A DNA stretch of 55,823 nt from Deltaproteobacteria bacterium CG11_big_fil_rev_8_21_14_0_20_42_23 (GTDB lineage Bacteria; UBA10199; 2-02-FULL-44-16). A program made the position numbers and the translations under genes. The DNA is taken from assembly GCA_002796345.1 (NCBI GenBank), contig PCXC01000028.1:60009-115831 (forward strand), given 5' to 3'. Of this stretch, positions 35,268 through 45,172 are shown piece by piece. Below the pieces are notes generated by a model, which saw only the letters and a program-made list of their open reading frames with translations, did no database searches and was not told where the DNA came from. How positions within the stretch are numbered: position 1 is the stretch's first letter; every line of letters starts with the position of its first letter.

Positions 35268-35546
35268 ATGTCAATGAACAGCTCACAATATTATGATCAG
35301 ATTATTGACCTCCACGGCAAAACCGTAGATGATGCGCTTCAGGAACTTGATGCCCTCATTTGCAGGTCTCCTGCAAAACGAATAAAAATTATTCATGGGC
35401 ACGGAACTGGTAGACTGAAAAAAGCTGTTCGTGATTTTGTAAGCTCGCACGAACTTGTTTCGCAAATACAGCTGGGCGAAGATCTCATGACATCAGGAAG
35501 CAGCGGAACACTTATTATTGAAGTTTATTTTTTTCCTTATACTTGA
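35268..35546 (+). CDS. Smr-domain protein, 92 aa
   Basis: ATG at 35268 with an AGGA SD. IDLHGKTVDDALQELD...IKIIHGHGTGRLKKAVRDF is the Smr signature. Confidence 0.75.
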   Translation: MSMNSSQYYDQIIDLHGKTVDDALQELDALICRSPAKRIKIIHGHGTGRLKKAVRDFVSSHELVSQIQLGEDLMTSGSSGTLIIEVYFFPYT

Positions 35547-35558
35547 GAGAGGTGAGAA

Positions 35559-36374
35559 GTGAAGGCTTATCTCGAACTTTTAGATCATCTTTTAAAACAT
35601 GGCGAGAAGCGTGAAGACCGTACGGGTACTGGTACGTTGAGCATTTTTGGATACCAGTCGTGCTATGATTTGCGTGAAGGCTTTCCGCTTGTGACCACAA
35701 AAAAATGCCATCTTCGTTCCATTATTCACGAGCTGCTGTGGTTTTTAAAAGGTGAGACAAACACAAGATATCTGCATGCAAATAAAGTAAGTATCTGGGA
35801 CGAATGGGCAGATGCAGATGGCAACTTAGGCCCTGTTTATGGGCATCAGTGGAGACATTGGGGAGTAAGTCCTGAGGAAGTTGCTGAGGGAAAAACGGGA
35901 ATTGATCAAATTTCTGCTCTTGTAAAAAGCCTCAAGGAAAATCCACATTCCAGACGCCATATTGTAAATGCTTGGAATGTTGCCGATCTTGACAAAATGG
36001 CATTGCCGCCTTGTCACGCGCTTTTTCAGTTTTACGTTCACAACGACAACAGGCTTTCGTGCCAGCTCTATCAACGAAGTGCCGATTCCTTTTTGGGTGT
36101 TCCCTTCAATATTGCAAGTTACGCTTTGCTTACCCTGATGCTGGCGCAGGTGTGTGACTTGAAGCCTGGAAATTTTGTTCACAGTTTTGGTGATCTTCAT
36201 CTTTATTTAAATCATCTTGAACAGGCGAAGTTACAACTTTCAAGAGAACCAAGACCTTTGCCAAAAATGAAATTAAATCCGGAAGTAAAATCAATTTTTG
36301 ATTTCACCTACGAAGATTTTATTTTGGAAGATTATAATCCTCATCCTCCTATTAAGGCACCGATTTCAATATGA
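35559..36374 (+). CDS. thyA: thymidylate synthase (ThyA)
   Basis: GTG start. [15 protein letters not shown] and LPPCH (active-site Cys) motifs. 271 aa. Confidence 0.97.
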   Translation: MKAYLELLDHLLKHGEKREDRTGTGTLSIFGYQSCYDLREGFPLVTTKKCHLRSIIHELLWFLKGETNTRYLHANKVSIWDEWADADGNLGPVYGHQWRHWGVSPEEVAEGKTGIDQISALVKSLKENPHSRRHIVNAWNVADLDKMALPPCHALFQFYVHNDNRLSCQLYQRSADSFLGVPFNIASYALLTLMLAQVCDLKPGNFVHSFGDLHLYLNHLEQAKLQLSREPRPLPKMKLNPEVKSIFDFTYEDFILEDYNPHPPIKAPISI

Positions 36375-36880
36375 AACTTTCACTTATTGTAGCCATGAGC
36401 AAAGATGGTGTTATTGGAAAAGAGGGTGCACTACCTTGGCATCTTCCCGAAGACCTTCAGCATTTCAAAAAAATAACGATGGGTTCTCCCATTATCATGG
36501 GCAGAAAAACATTTGAATCTATTGGGAAAGCTTTGCCTGGGCGGGAAAATATTGTCATTACTCGAAATGCGGGCTTTGCCAAAAAAGGTGTCCGCACATT
36601 TTCTTCTTTGGAAACTGCACTTCTGTTTCTTGAAGAGTATCTCTCAGATGATGATACAGCCTTCGTTATTGGAGGAGCCGAAATATTTAAAGAAGCACTT
36701 CCCAAGATTGAAAAAGCTTATGTTACTCTCATTGAAGAAAAAATTTCAGGCGATGTTTATTTTCCCATAACTCACTTTCAAAAAGATTTTACACTTCTTC
36801 AAAAAAGTGAAGTCCATTTTTCTCCGAAAGAAAAACTTCATTACACTTTCGAAGAATACATCCAAGCGAAGAAAAAATGA
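36371..36880 (+). CDS. folA: dihydrofolate reductase
   Basis: [36 protein letters not shown] and VIGG.EIF. ATGA overlap with thyA. Confidence 0.93.
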   Translation: MKLSLIVAMSKDGVIGKEGALPWHLPEDLQHFKKITMGSPIIMGRKTFESIGKALPGRENIVITRNAGFAKKGVRTFSSLETALLFLEEYLSDDDTAFVIGGAEIFKEALPKIEKAYVTLIEEKISGDVYFPITHFQKDFTLLQKSEVHFSPKEKLHYTFEEYIQAKKK

Positions 36881-38112
36881 AAATTAAAAAAAATCATCCC
36901 ATTGTTTCAGGCTTTATCATGGCCTTTGCTGCAAGTTTTTTGCTGTGTGGTTATGAATTCATACGAAGCGCTTCCAATACACTGTTCAAGGCAAGTTACG
37001 GTTCGCAAGGTTTGCCCACCATCATGGCCATTGTTCCTTTTGCGCTCATTCTTACGTTGTATGTTTATGGCCGCATGATTTCCTTTTTTGGTCCGCGCAA
37101 AACTCTTTTCTTCACTTCATTGCTTTCGGGCATTTCCATTTTTGCTTCCTACCTCATGATTGTGAAAGGCATTAAGATTGGAAGTGCCATCGCTTATGTT
37201 GTGAGAGAAGTGTACATCATTCTCATCATTGAGCAGTATTGGTCATTCATCAATAGCCGTTTCAACAATGAACAAGGCAAACTCTATAACGGACCCATCA
37301 CCGGCATATCCTCACTGGGAGCCATCGTGGGAGGTTTGCTTGTTGGCGTGCTAGCACAAAAATTGGGAACGGCATCCATGCTGCTGTTTGCGGCTTTGTC
37401 CACACTTCCAGCGGCGCTTCTTTCTGAACTTAGCTTCAGCACTTACCCGCACGATATGAAACCTGCTGTATATGAAGAGCACAAAAGAGGGCATCTTGGA
37501 CTTGGTGAATTCAAACGGAATCATATGCTCATTTTTTTGTTGGGCATTATTTTGCTTACGCAAGTGCTTTCTGCCGTTCTCAGTCTCAAGTTTCAAGGTA
37601 TTTTGCAGGTGGACATTCCAGATGCTGATACGCAAACAGCATACTCTGGAAACTTTTTTGCTTTGCTTAATACGCTTGCGATGGGGTTGCAGTTTATTGG
37701 CGCGCCGTTACTTTTAAAATATTTTGCACCACGCACCGTTCACCTTTTTATTCCACTGATACACATTGCAAGTTGTGCATTTCTCTTTCGCTCTCCAAGC
37801 CTTGCTACAGCAGGGTTTGCGTATATGGCGTTCAAAGTGTTCGATTATTCCATTTTTAGAGCAGCAAAAGAACTTTTGTATATTCCACTCAATTTTGATG
37901 CTAGATATCGTGCCAAAGAAGTGATTGATGTCTTTGGATACAGAACTGGAAAAGGTGGTTCATCCTTTTTGATTATGATGTTCCAACGCTTTGGCATTTC
38001 ATTTGAAAATTGGTATTCGCTTGTTGGTATTTTTGCTTCCATTCTATGGTTTGTTCTCGCATTTCCAACCATAAAGCTGTATGAAAAGTACAATAAAAAA
38101 CATGAGGACTAG
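36877..38112 (+). CDS. TLC (ATP/ADP translocase, Npt-like) family transporter homologue, short 411-aa form
   Basis: Multi-pass membrane protein. YWSFINSRFNNEQGKLY matches the TLC block FWQFANQI..AEAKRFY. SIFRAAKELLYIPLNFDARYRAKEVIDVFGYRTGKGGSS matches [39 protein letters not shown] of Rickettsia Tlc, recalled from memory. ATGA overlap with folA. Confidence 0.7.
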   Translation: MKIKKNHPIVSGFIMAFAASFLLCGYEFIRSASNTLFKASYGSQGLPTIMAIVPFALILTLYVYGRMISFFGPRKTLFFTSLLSGISIFASYLMIVKGIKIGSAIAYVVREVYIILIIEQYWSFINSRFNNEQGKLYNGPITGISSLGAIVGGLLVGVLAQKLGTASMLLFAALSTLPAALLSELSFSTYPHDMKPAVYEEHKRGHLGLGEFKRNHMLIFLLGIILLTQVLSAVLSLKFQGILQVDIPDADTQTAYSGNFFALLNTLAMGLQFIGAPLLLKYFAPRTVHLFIPLIHIASCAFLFRSPSLATAGFAYMAFKVFDYSIFRAAKELLYIPLNFDARYRAKEVIDVFGYRTGKGGSSFLIMMFQRFGISFENWYSLVGIFASILWFVLAFPTIKLYEKYNKKHED

Positions 38113-38135
38113 TGCAAGGTTGAGAGAGATTTAAA

Positions 38136-38687
38136 ATGAAAACACAAAAGCTTTTTCCAGGATTTCTGATTGCAATGCCTCATCTTCAAGATGAAATGTT
38201 TGCGCAAAGTGTTATTTTGCTTCTTCAACATGATGAGCAGGGAAGTATGGGCCTTCTTCTCAACAAACCACTTGGTCAGTGTGTTGGAAATTTAGTATCT
38301 GAAGTTCAGGGGGCAACGAGAAAAGATGATGAAGTTTATCTTGGGGGGCCGGTGGAACCCAGCAAAGGTTTTATTCTTCATCCTGATACCTACAAAGATG
38401 AATCCACTTTTTTTACCGATGCAGGTCTTTCGGTAAGTACGAGTATTCGGGCATTAAAAGATCTAACGCTTCAAAGAAAAGTTCCCTTTCGTTTTTTTAT
38501 TGGCCATGCTGCGTGGGCTCCATTACAGCTTGAACAAGAACTTGCAAATGGTTCGTGGATGACAGTGCCCATTGATGAGCAAATGATTTTTTCAACTCAA
38601 TCCCAGGCTTTTTGGTATCAGCTTTTGCAAAAGATCAATCTTGATCCAAGCCGCATTGTGCAAGGAAATGCCGGTGAGTTACATTAA
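38136..38687 (+). CDS. yqgE: YqgE/AlgH family protein (UPF0301)
   Basis: G.LIAMP.L.D..F..SVILLL.H...GS.GLLLNKP, GGPV and GH..W..GQLE pattern. Confidence 0.85.
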   Translation: MKTQKLFPGFLIAMPHLQDEMFAQSVILLLQHDEQGSMGLLLNKPLGQCVGNLVSEVQGATRKDDEVYLGGPVEPSKGFILHPDTYKDESTFFTDAGLSVSTSIRALKDLTLQRKVPFRFFIGHAAWAPLQLEQELANGSWMTVPIDEQMIFSTQSQAFWYQLLQKINLDPSRIVQGNAGELH

Positions 38688-40212
38688 AGAAAAATTGCTC
38701 TCCTCTTTTCTTTTTCCGCTTTTTATTTTTTCCTTTTGCCTTTTTCTTTTTAGCTCTCATGCAATTGCTGGTTGTCACTTTCCTCAAAATACAAAGGAAC
38801 TTTCAGCTGAAAGCTTGCTTCACAATGGAAATTGTTTTTTCAAACAAAATGATTTCGAATCAGCCAAAATGCTTTGGGACATTTCATTTCAAAAAGGATC
38901 AGCTGAGGCTGCCTACAAAATAGGACAAATGTATTTAAAGCATCACCTTGGTAATGAGCAAGAAAATGCATGCACCTGGTTTGACCGTGCTGCAAAGCAA
39001 GAATTTACAAAAGCAGAAGCAAATCTTGGTTTATGTTATCTTCTTGGTGCTCCCCATTTTGAAAAGGACAGCAAAAAAGCATTCCACTTTTTTCAGCGCG
39101 CATCAGAAAAAGGCGACGTAGAAGCGATGTACCATCTTGGGCTTGCCTATCATCACGGAGAAGGTGTTCAGCGTGATGAAGAAAAAGCTGCTGAAGCCTA
39201 TTTAAACGCATCAAAGCTTGGAGACGCTGATGCCATGAATAATTTAGCTTCTTTATATTTCCAAGGTAAAGGTGTTGCACTTGATGAGAAGCAAGCTGAA
39301 CGCTGGTGGAAAAAGGCAGCTAAAAAAGGAAATGTTTTGGCTGAACTTCAATTGGGAAATCTTTTTTCAAAAAGAAAAGGAAAAGAAAAAAAAGCATTTA
39401 AGCATTATGAAAAAGCAGCGCAAAAAGGAAATGCAGAAGCGCAGTATGAGTTGGGAATGATGTTTCAAAAGGGCGAAGTTGTTAAAAAAAGCGATGAAAA
39501 ATCCTACCACTGGTTTTTGGAAGCAGCAAAATTAGATAATGCAAAAGCGCAATATGAACTTGCGCTCTATTATTTTCAGGGCATTGGAACGAGGCCAGAG
39601 AGAAGCATTGGAAATGAGTGGCTTTTAAGGTCTGGTAACTTGGGATATGATAAAGCTCAACATGATATCGGAGTTCTTCTCTATACCGGTACCGGAGTAA
39701 AACAAGATCAACGGGCTGCGCTGAACTGGTTTGCTCTTGCTGTGGGTAAAGGAAATGTAGAAGCGATGTATAAAATGGGCTTGGTATATCTTCATGGCGA
39801 AAAAGAAGTTCAAGACAAAGAAAAAGCTTCTGTGATGTTTCGCAAAGCTGCTGCAGAGGATCATTTGGAAGCAACGTTCTATGTGGGTTCTTTACTAGCA
39901 CAAGAAAAAAAATATAAAGAAGCCTATCCTTGGTTGTTAAAAGCTGCGGAGCGTCATCTGGTTACAGCACAGTACAATCTTGGAGTTTTTTACAGCGAAG
40001 GCTTGGGAGTGGAAAAAGATTTTTCAAAAGCGTATGCCTGGTATGAAAAGGCTGCTTCACAAAATGATCACGAATCCTTATTTATCTTGGGTCAATATTA
40101 TGAACGGGGCATTTCCATTGACAAAGACATTGTAAAAGCAAAAGCGTATTACAAAAAAGCTGCTGTATTCGGAAGTGAAAAGGCAAAGTCTGCACTTTTA
40201 ACCATGGAGTAG
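38668..40212 (+). CDS. Sel1/TPR-like repeat lipoprotein
   Basis: ATG at 38668 (AAGGA SD). Lipobox HAIAGC. More than 10 Sel1-type repeats (A..W..KAA.KG...A...LG..Y..G.GV..D). Confidence 0.85.
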   Translation: MPVSYIKEKLLSSFLFPLFIFSFCLFLFSSHAIAGCHFPQNTKELSAESLLHNGNCFFKQNDFESAKMLWDISFQKGSAEAAYKIGQMYLKHHLGNEQENACTWFDRAAKQEFTKAEANLGLCYLLGAPHFEKDSKKAFHFFQRASEKGDVEAMYHLGLAYHHGEGVQRDEEKAAEAYLNASKLGDADAMNNLASLYFQGKGVALDEKQAERWWKKAAKKGNVLAELQLGNLFSKRKGKEKKAFKHYEKAAQKGNAEAQYELGMMFQKGEVVKKSDEKSYHWFLEAAKLDNAKAQYELALYYFQGIGTRPERSIGNEWLLRSGNLGYDKAQHDIGVLLYTGTGVKQDQRAALNWFALAVGKGNVEAMYKMGLVYLHGEKEVQDKEKASVMFRKAAAEDHLEATFYVGSLLAQEKKYKEAYPWLLKAAERHLVTAQYNLGVFYSEGLGVEKDFSKAYAWYEKAASQNDHESLFILGQYYERGISIDKDIVKAKAYYKKAAVFGSEKAKSALLTME

Positions 40213-40216
40213 AGGA

Positions 40217-41176
40217 ATGATTCTTTATTTATTTTGTCTTTTGTTTGGAATTTTGCTGCTCTTTTATTCAGGGTCAAAGCTGATTGACTATGCTGTTGTG
40301 TTGGCGAAACATCTTAAGGTTACTCCCGCACTTATTGGCCTTGTTGTTATTTCCATTGGCACTTCATTTCCCGAATTGTGCGTGAGTTTGCTTGCCGGTG
40401 CACAAGGTGAAATCAACTTGGCCATTGGAAATATCCTTGGTTCAAATTTATGCAATGTTGGACTTATCTTGGGTCTCTGTGCCATGGTCTCCGCGCTTCC
40501 CGTGGGAAGACAAATTGTAAAAACGGATTACTTTTTTCTCTTAACGGCAACACTTCTTGCGGGGTTTAGTCTTTACGATGGCATTTATTCCGTCATTGAT
40601 GCACTTTTTTCGTTTGCTTGGTTTCTTTGTTTTTTCTTTTTTTCACTTCGAAAGTCGAAGCGTGATTTTAAAAATTCAGAACTTGAGCATGAGGTATCAG
40701 AAGAATATAAACACTTGAAAGATCTTTCAGCTTTTACCCTTTGTCTTTATTTTTTCTTTTCACTTATTGGATTATTTGCAGGATCAGAATTGCTTATCTA
40801 TGGAGGTTCACATTTAGCAAGGGCCTTTTCCATTTCAGAACGGGTAATTGGTCTCAGTGTTGTGGCCATTGGCACGTCACTTCCCGAACTTATGGCTACT
40901 GCGAGTGCTGCCTTAAAAAAGCAACATGAAATGGCAATAGCAAATATTTTGGGTTCAAATATCTTCAACATCATTTTTATCCTACCCAGTTTGGGCCTTT
41001 TTGGCTCACATTCTATAGACGCTTTTTTTATCTCCAGAGATCTTTTGGCGCTTCTTATCAGTACGGTGATTCTTTTCCCTATCCTTTTTACGGGAAAACG
41101 AATTTCACGTTTTGAGGGCTTCATTTTGCTTGGAAGCTATTTTGCCTACTTTATCTTTCTTTTCAAAAATGGCTAA
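40217..41176 (+). CDS. CaCA-family sodium/calcium antiporter (YrbG-like)
   Basis: Two alpha-repeats, GTSFPEL...GNILGSNLCNVGLILG and GTSLPEL...ANILGSNIFNIIFI. About 10 TM segments. Confidence 0.85.
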   Translation: MILYLFCLLFGILLLFYSGSKLIDYAVVLAKHLKVTPALIGLVVISIGTSFPELCVSLLAGAQGEINLAIGNILGSNLCNVGLILGLCAMVSALPVGRQIVKTDYFFLLTATLLAGFSLYDGIYSVIDALFSFAWFLCFFFFSLRKSKRDFKNSELEHEVSEEYKHLKDLSAFTLCLYFFFSLIGLFAGSELLIYGGSHLARAFSISERVIGLSVVAIGTSLPELMATASAALKKQHEMAIANILGSNIFNIIFILPSLGLFGSHSIDAFFISRDLLALLISTVILFPILFTGKRISRFEGFILLGSYFAYFIFLFKNG

Positions 41177-41190
41177 AAATGACTATTTTC

Positions 41191-41219
41191 TTGTCAAAAA
41201 ATGAAATGACGATTATTAT
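41191..41219 (+). promoter_or_regulatory. candidate sigma70-type promoter for cspA
   Basis: TTGTCA (41191..41196), a 17-nt spacer, then TATTAT (41214..41219). Would give a 5' leader of about 55 nt. Confidence 0.4.
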
Positions 41220-41279
41220 TAGCAAGTTACGTTGCATTTTTATAGAGCTCCAGGCAGGCGCTCTAAGAAGGAGGAAGGC

Positions 41280-41492
41280 ATGTCAAAGCAGAAGGGTACT
41301 GTAAAGTGGTTCAACAACAAAAAGGGTTTTGGGTTTATTACTCCAGACGGCGGCGGCAATGATCTTTTCGTTCATTTCGCAAGCATCGTTTCTGAAGGCT
41401 ATAAGTCCCTAAACGAAGGGGACAAGGTTGAGTTTGAAATTGGCTCTGGCCCTAAGGGAGAGCATGCGGTTGAAGTAACAAAAGTTCAATAA
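41280..41492 (+). CDS. cspA: cold-shock protein (CspA family)
   Basis: [26 protein letters not shown] (RNP1) and DLFVHF (RNP2). 70 aa. Confidence 0.93.
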   Translation: MSKQKGTVKWFNNKKGFGFITPDGGGNDLFVHFASIVSEGYKSLNEGDKVEFEIGSGPKGEHAVEVTKVQ

Positions 41493-41513
41493 CTACAATT
41501 TAATGTGCAATAA

Positions 41514-41547
41514 AAAGCCACTCATTTTTGGGTGGCTTTTTTGTTTT
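41514..41547 (+). terminator. rho-independent terminator after cspA (overlaps the 3' end of the convergent gene)
   Basis: Stem AAAGCCAC (41514..41521) / GTGGCTTT (41532..41539) with a 10-nt loop, followed by a T-rich tail. Confidence 0.5.
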
Positions 41548-42211
41548 CCACGTTCTCTTTTTTCTGGAAGAGAACCACGGTTTCTGCAGGGCGAATTAAA
41601 TTCCACGTGAAAGAATCTGCTAGCCACTCGAAAGTTTTGTCTTGATAAAAACTTACATGGCTTGGATCTTGATGATACCACCACGTTGCAAACGATTCCT
41701 TTTCTTTTACCACCTGCGTCATCAGCGCAAGATATCCTTTGGGTCTGAGAAGTTTATGAAGAAGAGCAAAACTTTTTTCTGGTGAACAAAAGTGTTCGAT
41801 GACTTCTGTTGCGGTCACAAAATCATATTGAGTGAGCAGAAGTTTTTCTTGAGGGGAAAAATAGGGATCATAAATATCCATTTTCATCCCATGCCGCTCT
41901 AGCAACGTATGAAGCGTTGGCCCAGGACCAGAACCAAAATCAAGCCCATGGCTTCCTTTAGGGATATGGTGAAGCAAAGGTGTGATGAGTCGGTACAGAA
42001 ACGCAACATATCCTTCATGCTCAATGCTGTTGTTATGGTTTTGATAAATTTTTTTCTCTGCATCAATGGGAAGATGATGGGCAGGATCCAAAAAAATGAG
42101 TGAGCAGGTATCGCATTCAAAGTATTGCTTTGTAGGAGTGAGCGGTTTTCTTTTTTCAAAGAAAAAATGTGCAGATGAAGTACATAATGGACAGCGCATA
42201 AGTTCACACAT
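41522..42211 (-). CDS. class I SAM-dependent methyltransferase with an N-terminal zinc ribbon
   Basis: CPLC...CDTC at the N-terminus and motif I GLDFGSGPGP. The start is uncertain. I chose the ATG at 42211 because the 42328 start would overlap the well-supported divergent gene at 42284. Confidence 0.7.
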   Translation of the reverse strand: MCELMRCPLCTSSAHFFFEKRKPLTPTKQYFECDTCSLIFLDPAHHLPIDAEKKIYQNHNNSIEHEGYVAFLYRLITPLLHHIPKGSHGLDFGSGPGPTLHTLLERHGMKMDIYDPYFSPQEKLLLTQYDFVTATEVIEHFCSPEKSFALLHKLLRPKGYLALMTQVVKEKESFATWWYHQDPSHVSFYQDKTFEWLADSFTWNLIRPAETVVLFQKKENVENKKATQK

Positions 42212-42283
42212 CACAGCTCTTGCAAGAAAACAAGTGACAAGCGCTAAAGCATCTCTTAAGAAGAAAAAAAACAAGGGGGAGAA

Positions 42284-42568
42284 ATGAAAGAACTTTTGGA
42301 GAAATTTATGGGAATGAGAATGAAGCATAAAGCGATGGCGATTGTCCCCATAGCTCTTGGAGGTGCAATTCTTGCGTTTGTGCTTGGAGCTCTTATTGCT
42401 CCAGCGCTTACAATGGTGTTTATGTTTGGTTTTTTATTCGCACTCGTAGCACTTGTGAGAAAAGCAATGGTTTGTCCTCACTGCAAACAGCCATTCAGGC
42501 TGAGTTTCCGGACGAACTACTTTTCTTTTCCAGGAGATAATTGTCCAAATTGCGGAAAAGAATTTTAG
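42284..42568 (+). CDS. small membrane protein with a C-terminal zinc ribbon, 94 aa
   Basis: Strong SD GGGGGAG. Two hydrophobic helices, then CPHCKQ...CPNCGKEF. Confidence 0.55.
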   Translation: MKELLEKFMGMRMKHKAMAIVPIALGGAILAFVLGALIAPALTMVFMFGFLFALVALVRKAMVCPHCKQPFRLSFRTNYFSFPGDNCPNCGKEF

Positions 42569-43272
42569 ATGAGGTGAAGAAATGCCTCAAAGACAAGTTT
42601 GCTTAATTCCATAGAACGATGAATGTTTTTTTCGGTTTCTGTTTCTACTTTTTCCAGCCCGTTTTTTCCCCAAAGAGAAAGTAAATCTTCCTGATATCGA
42701 GGAATGTTCATCCAACGTTGGATGGTAGGAACATCAACTTCGAGGTGAAATTGAAACCCATACACTTTGTCGCCATACCTTATTGCTTGATGTGAGCATG
42801 TTTGAGTGGAAGCAAGAAGGGTGCAAGCACTTGGAAGTGAGAAGGTGTCACCATGCCATTCAAAAATATATTCATGGTCAATATGCTTTAAAAGGGGATC
42901 CTTTTTTCCATTTTCAGAAATTTCCATTTTATACCAACCAATTTCGTGTTGAGTATGTTTTTGTACTTTTCCACCAAGAGCTTTTGCAATGAGTTGTGAA
43001 CCAAGACAAATGCCAAGCACCGGGATATCCAATGCTATAGCCTCTTTGATGAGTTCTGTCTCATAAGCAAGAAAGGGATATTGCTTCGTTTGGTTCACGT
43101 TCATGGGGCCACCCAAAAGAATAAGAGCTGAAGCACCATTCAATTTTGGTTGAGCCTCTGGATTTTTTCCAAAGTTGATACAGTCAACATTGAACCCTTT
43201 TTCCTTAAGCATCGGATAAAGTGTTCCTAAAATTTCATAGTCTACATGCTGTAAAACAAGAATTTTTTTCAT
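42565..43272 (-). CDS. class I glutamine amidotransferase-like protein
   Basis: ATG at 43272 (AGGGGA SD). Nucleophile elbow GICLGSQL, and FQFHLE containing the His/Glu of the triad. Confidence 0.8.
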   Translation of the reverse strand: MKKILVLQHVDYEILGTLYPMLKEKGFNVDCINFGKNPEAQPKLNGASALILLGGPMNVNQTKQYPFLAYETELIKEAIALDIPVLGICLGSQLIAKALGGKVQKHTQHEIGWYKMEISENGKKDPLLKHIDHEYIFEWHGDTFSLPSACTLLASTQTCSHQAIRYGDKVYGFQFHLEVDVPTIQRWMNIPRYQEDLLSLWGKNGLEKVETETEKNIHRSMELSKLVFEAFLHLI

Positions 43273-43357
43273 CAAGCATTCCCCTTGCGTCATATGGATG
43301 AAGCTGTTAACATCAAACGGCGCGTAAATTCAAGAAACAAGTAAGGAGTGGAAGAAA

Positions 43358-45091
43358 ATGAGTGATGTCCTCAAGATAAAAGCAGTGCGAGCTGAAGAAT
43401 TTCCCAGAACTTTTACGAAAAGGGTGAAATCGTTTTCTCACTATCCTGAAATTGAGCCGTGTTACAAAGCGTTAGAAAAAAACATCAAAGAAGTGTCGCA
43501 ACCGAAGGACCTCGAACAATGGTTGCTTGATTATAGCGAATTAGATGCTGCATTAAATGAAGAGCATTCTCGCCTATATATCGCCATGACCTGCAACACC
43601 GCTAACGAAGCGGCAAGCAAGGCTTACCTTACATTTATTGAAGAGATTGAACCCCAGTTGAAGCAGTGGAATGATAAACTTATCAAGGCTTTTCTTGCTG
43701 CTGATCATTTAAAAAATCTTGATCAGAGACGCACCGAAGTTTTGGTGAAAAAAATGAAAAACAAAGTAAAATTATTTCGTGAAGAAAATATCCCGCTCCA
43801 AACCGAAGACAGTAAATTGGGACAAGAGTACCAAAAAATTTCAGGTGGTATGACAGTGCAGTGGGAAGGCGAAGAAAAAACTCTAAAGCAAATGGCTTCA
43901 TTGATGGAAGAAACAGACCGTGCAAAACGTGAAGCGGTTTGGACTTTAGTTGATGCTTGCAGAAAAAAACATGCTTCGCAACTGGATGAAATTTTTTCAA
44001 AGCTCGTCAAGAATCGTCACCAAAGAGCTATCAATGCTGGGTTTAAAAACTTTCGTGATTATCAGCATGCTTCATATAACCGTTTCGATTACACACCAGA
44101 TGATTGTTTTACTTTTCATCATACCGTTGAACATTTGGTGGTCCCACTTTTAGAAAAATTACGGAGTGAAAGAGCCAAAAAACTTTCGCTTCCTGTATTA
44201 AGACCTTGGGATCTCGCTGTTGATGCAGATGGAGAGCAGCCTTTACGTCCGTTTACAAAAGCTACGGAACTGATCGATGCTTGCCAGAATATTTTTTCAT
44301 CACTGGATGATGACCTGGCTGCGCAATTTAAAAAAATGAACGAGCTCGACTTGCTTGACCTCGAAAACAGAAAAGGGAAAGCGCCTGGTGGCTATCAATC
44401 AACCTTGGATGAAGTTCGTCTTCCGTTTATTTTTATGAATGCAAGTGGAACCAATCAAGATCTTTTCACTTTGCTTCATGAGGCAGGCCATGCCTTTCAT
44501 GCCTTTGCTAGTCGCGAAGAACCGTGGGTGGCATATCGTCACGCACCTATGGAATTTTGCGAAGTGGCATCAATGTCCATGGAACTGATGGGCATGGATT
44601 ATCTGCAAAATGTTTATCGTAATCCCCATGAAACAAAGCGCGCAAAGCGAGATATTCTTGAAGACATTTTAGTAAAGCTTCCATGGATTGCCGCTATTGA
44701 TGCCTTTCAACATTGGATTTACCTCAATCCAGAACACACAGCAGAAGAGCGCGCACAGCAGTTTTGCCAGCTGATGAAACGCTTCAATCCTGGCATCGAC
44801 TGGTCTCAATACGAAGAATCGCTTGGTCGGCAATGGCAAAAACAACTTCACCTTTTTGAAGTTCCTTTTTACTACATCGAATATGGTATCGCCCAACTTG
44901 GGGCATTGCAGCTTTGGTTGAAATATAAAGAGAACCCCGCTGAAGCGCTTGCTGCCTACAAATGCGGACTAAGTCTTGGTGGCTCCAGGCCACTTCCAGA
45001 GTTGTTTGATGCGGCCAGTATTCACTTCGATTTTAGCGAAAAAACCATTGTTCCGGCCCTGGCAAGTTTGCGCAAAGAACTCGACCTCTAA
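43358..45091 (+). CDS. M3-family oligoendopeptidase (PepF-like)
   Basis: Zinc site HEAGHAFH with a downstream E. 577 aa, which fits the size and layout of the M3B family. Confidence 0.88.
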   Translation: MSDVLKIKAVRAEEFPRTFTKRVKSFSHYPEIEPCYKALEKNIKEVSQPKDLEQWLLDYSELDAALNEEHSRLYIAMTCNTANEAASKAYLTFIEEIEPQLKQWNDKLIKAFLAADHLKNLDQRRTEVLVKKMKNKVKLFREENIPLQTEDSKLGQEYQKISGGMTVQWEGEEKTLKQMASLMEETDRAKREAVWTLVDACRKKHASQLDEIFSKLVKNRHQRAINAGFKNFRDYQHASYNRFDYTPDDCFTFHHTVEHLVVPLLEKLRSERAKKLSLPVLRPWDLAVDADGEQPLRPFTKATELIDACQNIFSSLDDDLAAQFKKMNELDLLDLENRKGKAPGGYQSTLDEVRLPFIFMNASGTNQDLFTLLHEAGHAFHAFASREEPWVAYRHAPMEFCEVASMSMELMGMDYLQNVYRNPHETKRAKRDILEDILVKLPWIAAIDAFQHWIYLNPEHTAEERAQQFCQLMKRFNPGIDWSQYEESLGRQWQKQLHLFEVPFYYIEYGIAQLGALQLWLKYKENPAEALAAYKCGLSLGGSRPLPELFDAASIHFDFSEKTIVPALASLRKELDL

Positions 45092-45172
45092 AATCTGGCA
45101 ACACTTCAAGGAAGCGGCTTAAGGCGTTGAATTCGCTTGCAATTCGAGGATGCTATGCTATCCGCGAGGGCT

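Noticed and set aside
45092-45172. T-box or other leader upstream of leuS
   Set aside because: Only about 80 nt are available, which is too short for a T-box. I saw no specifier-loop or T-box consensus sequence.
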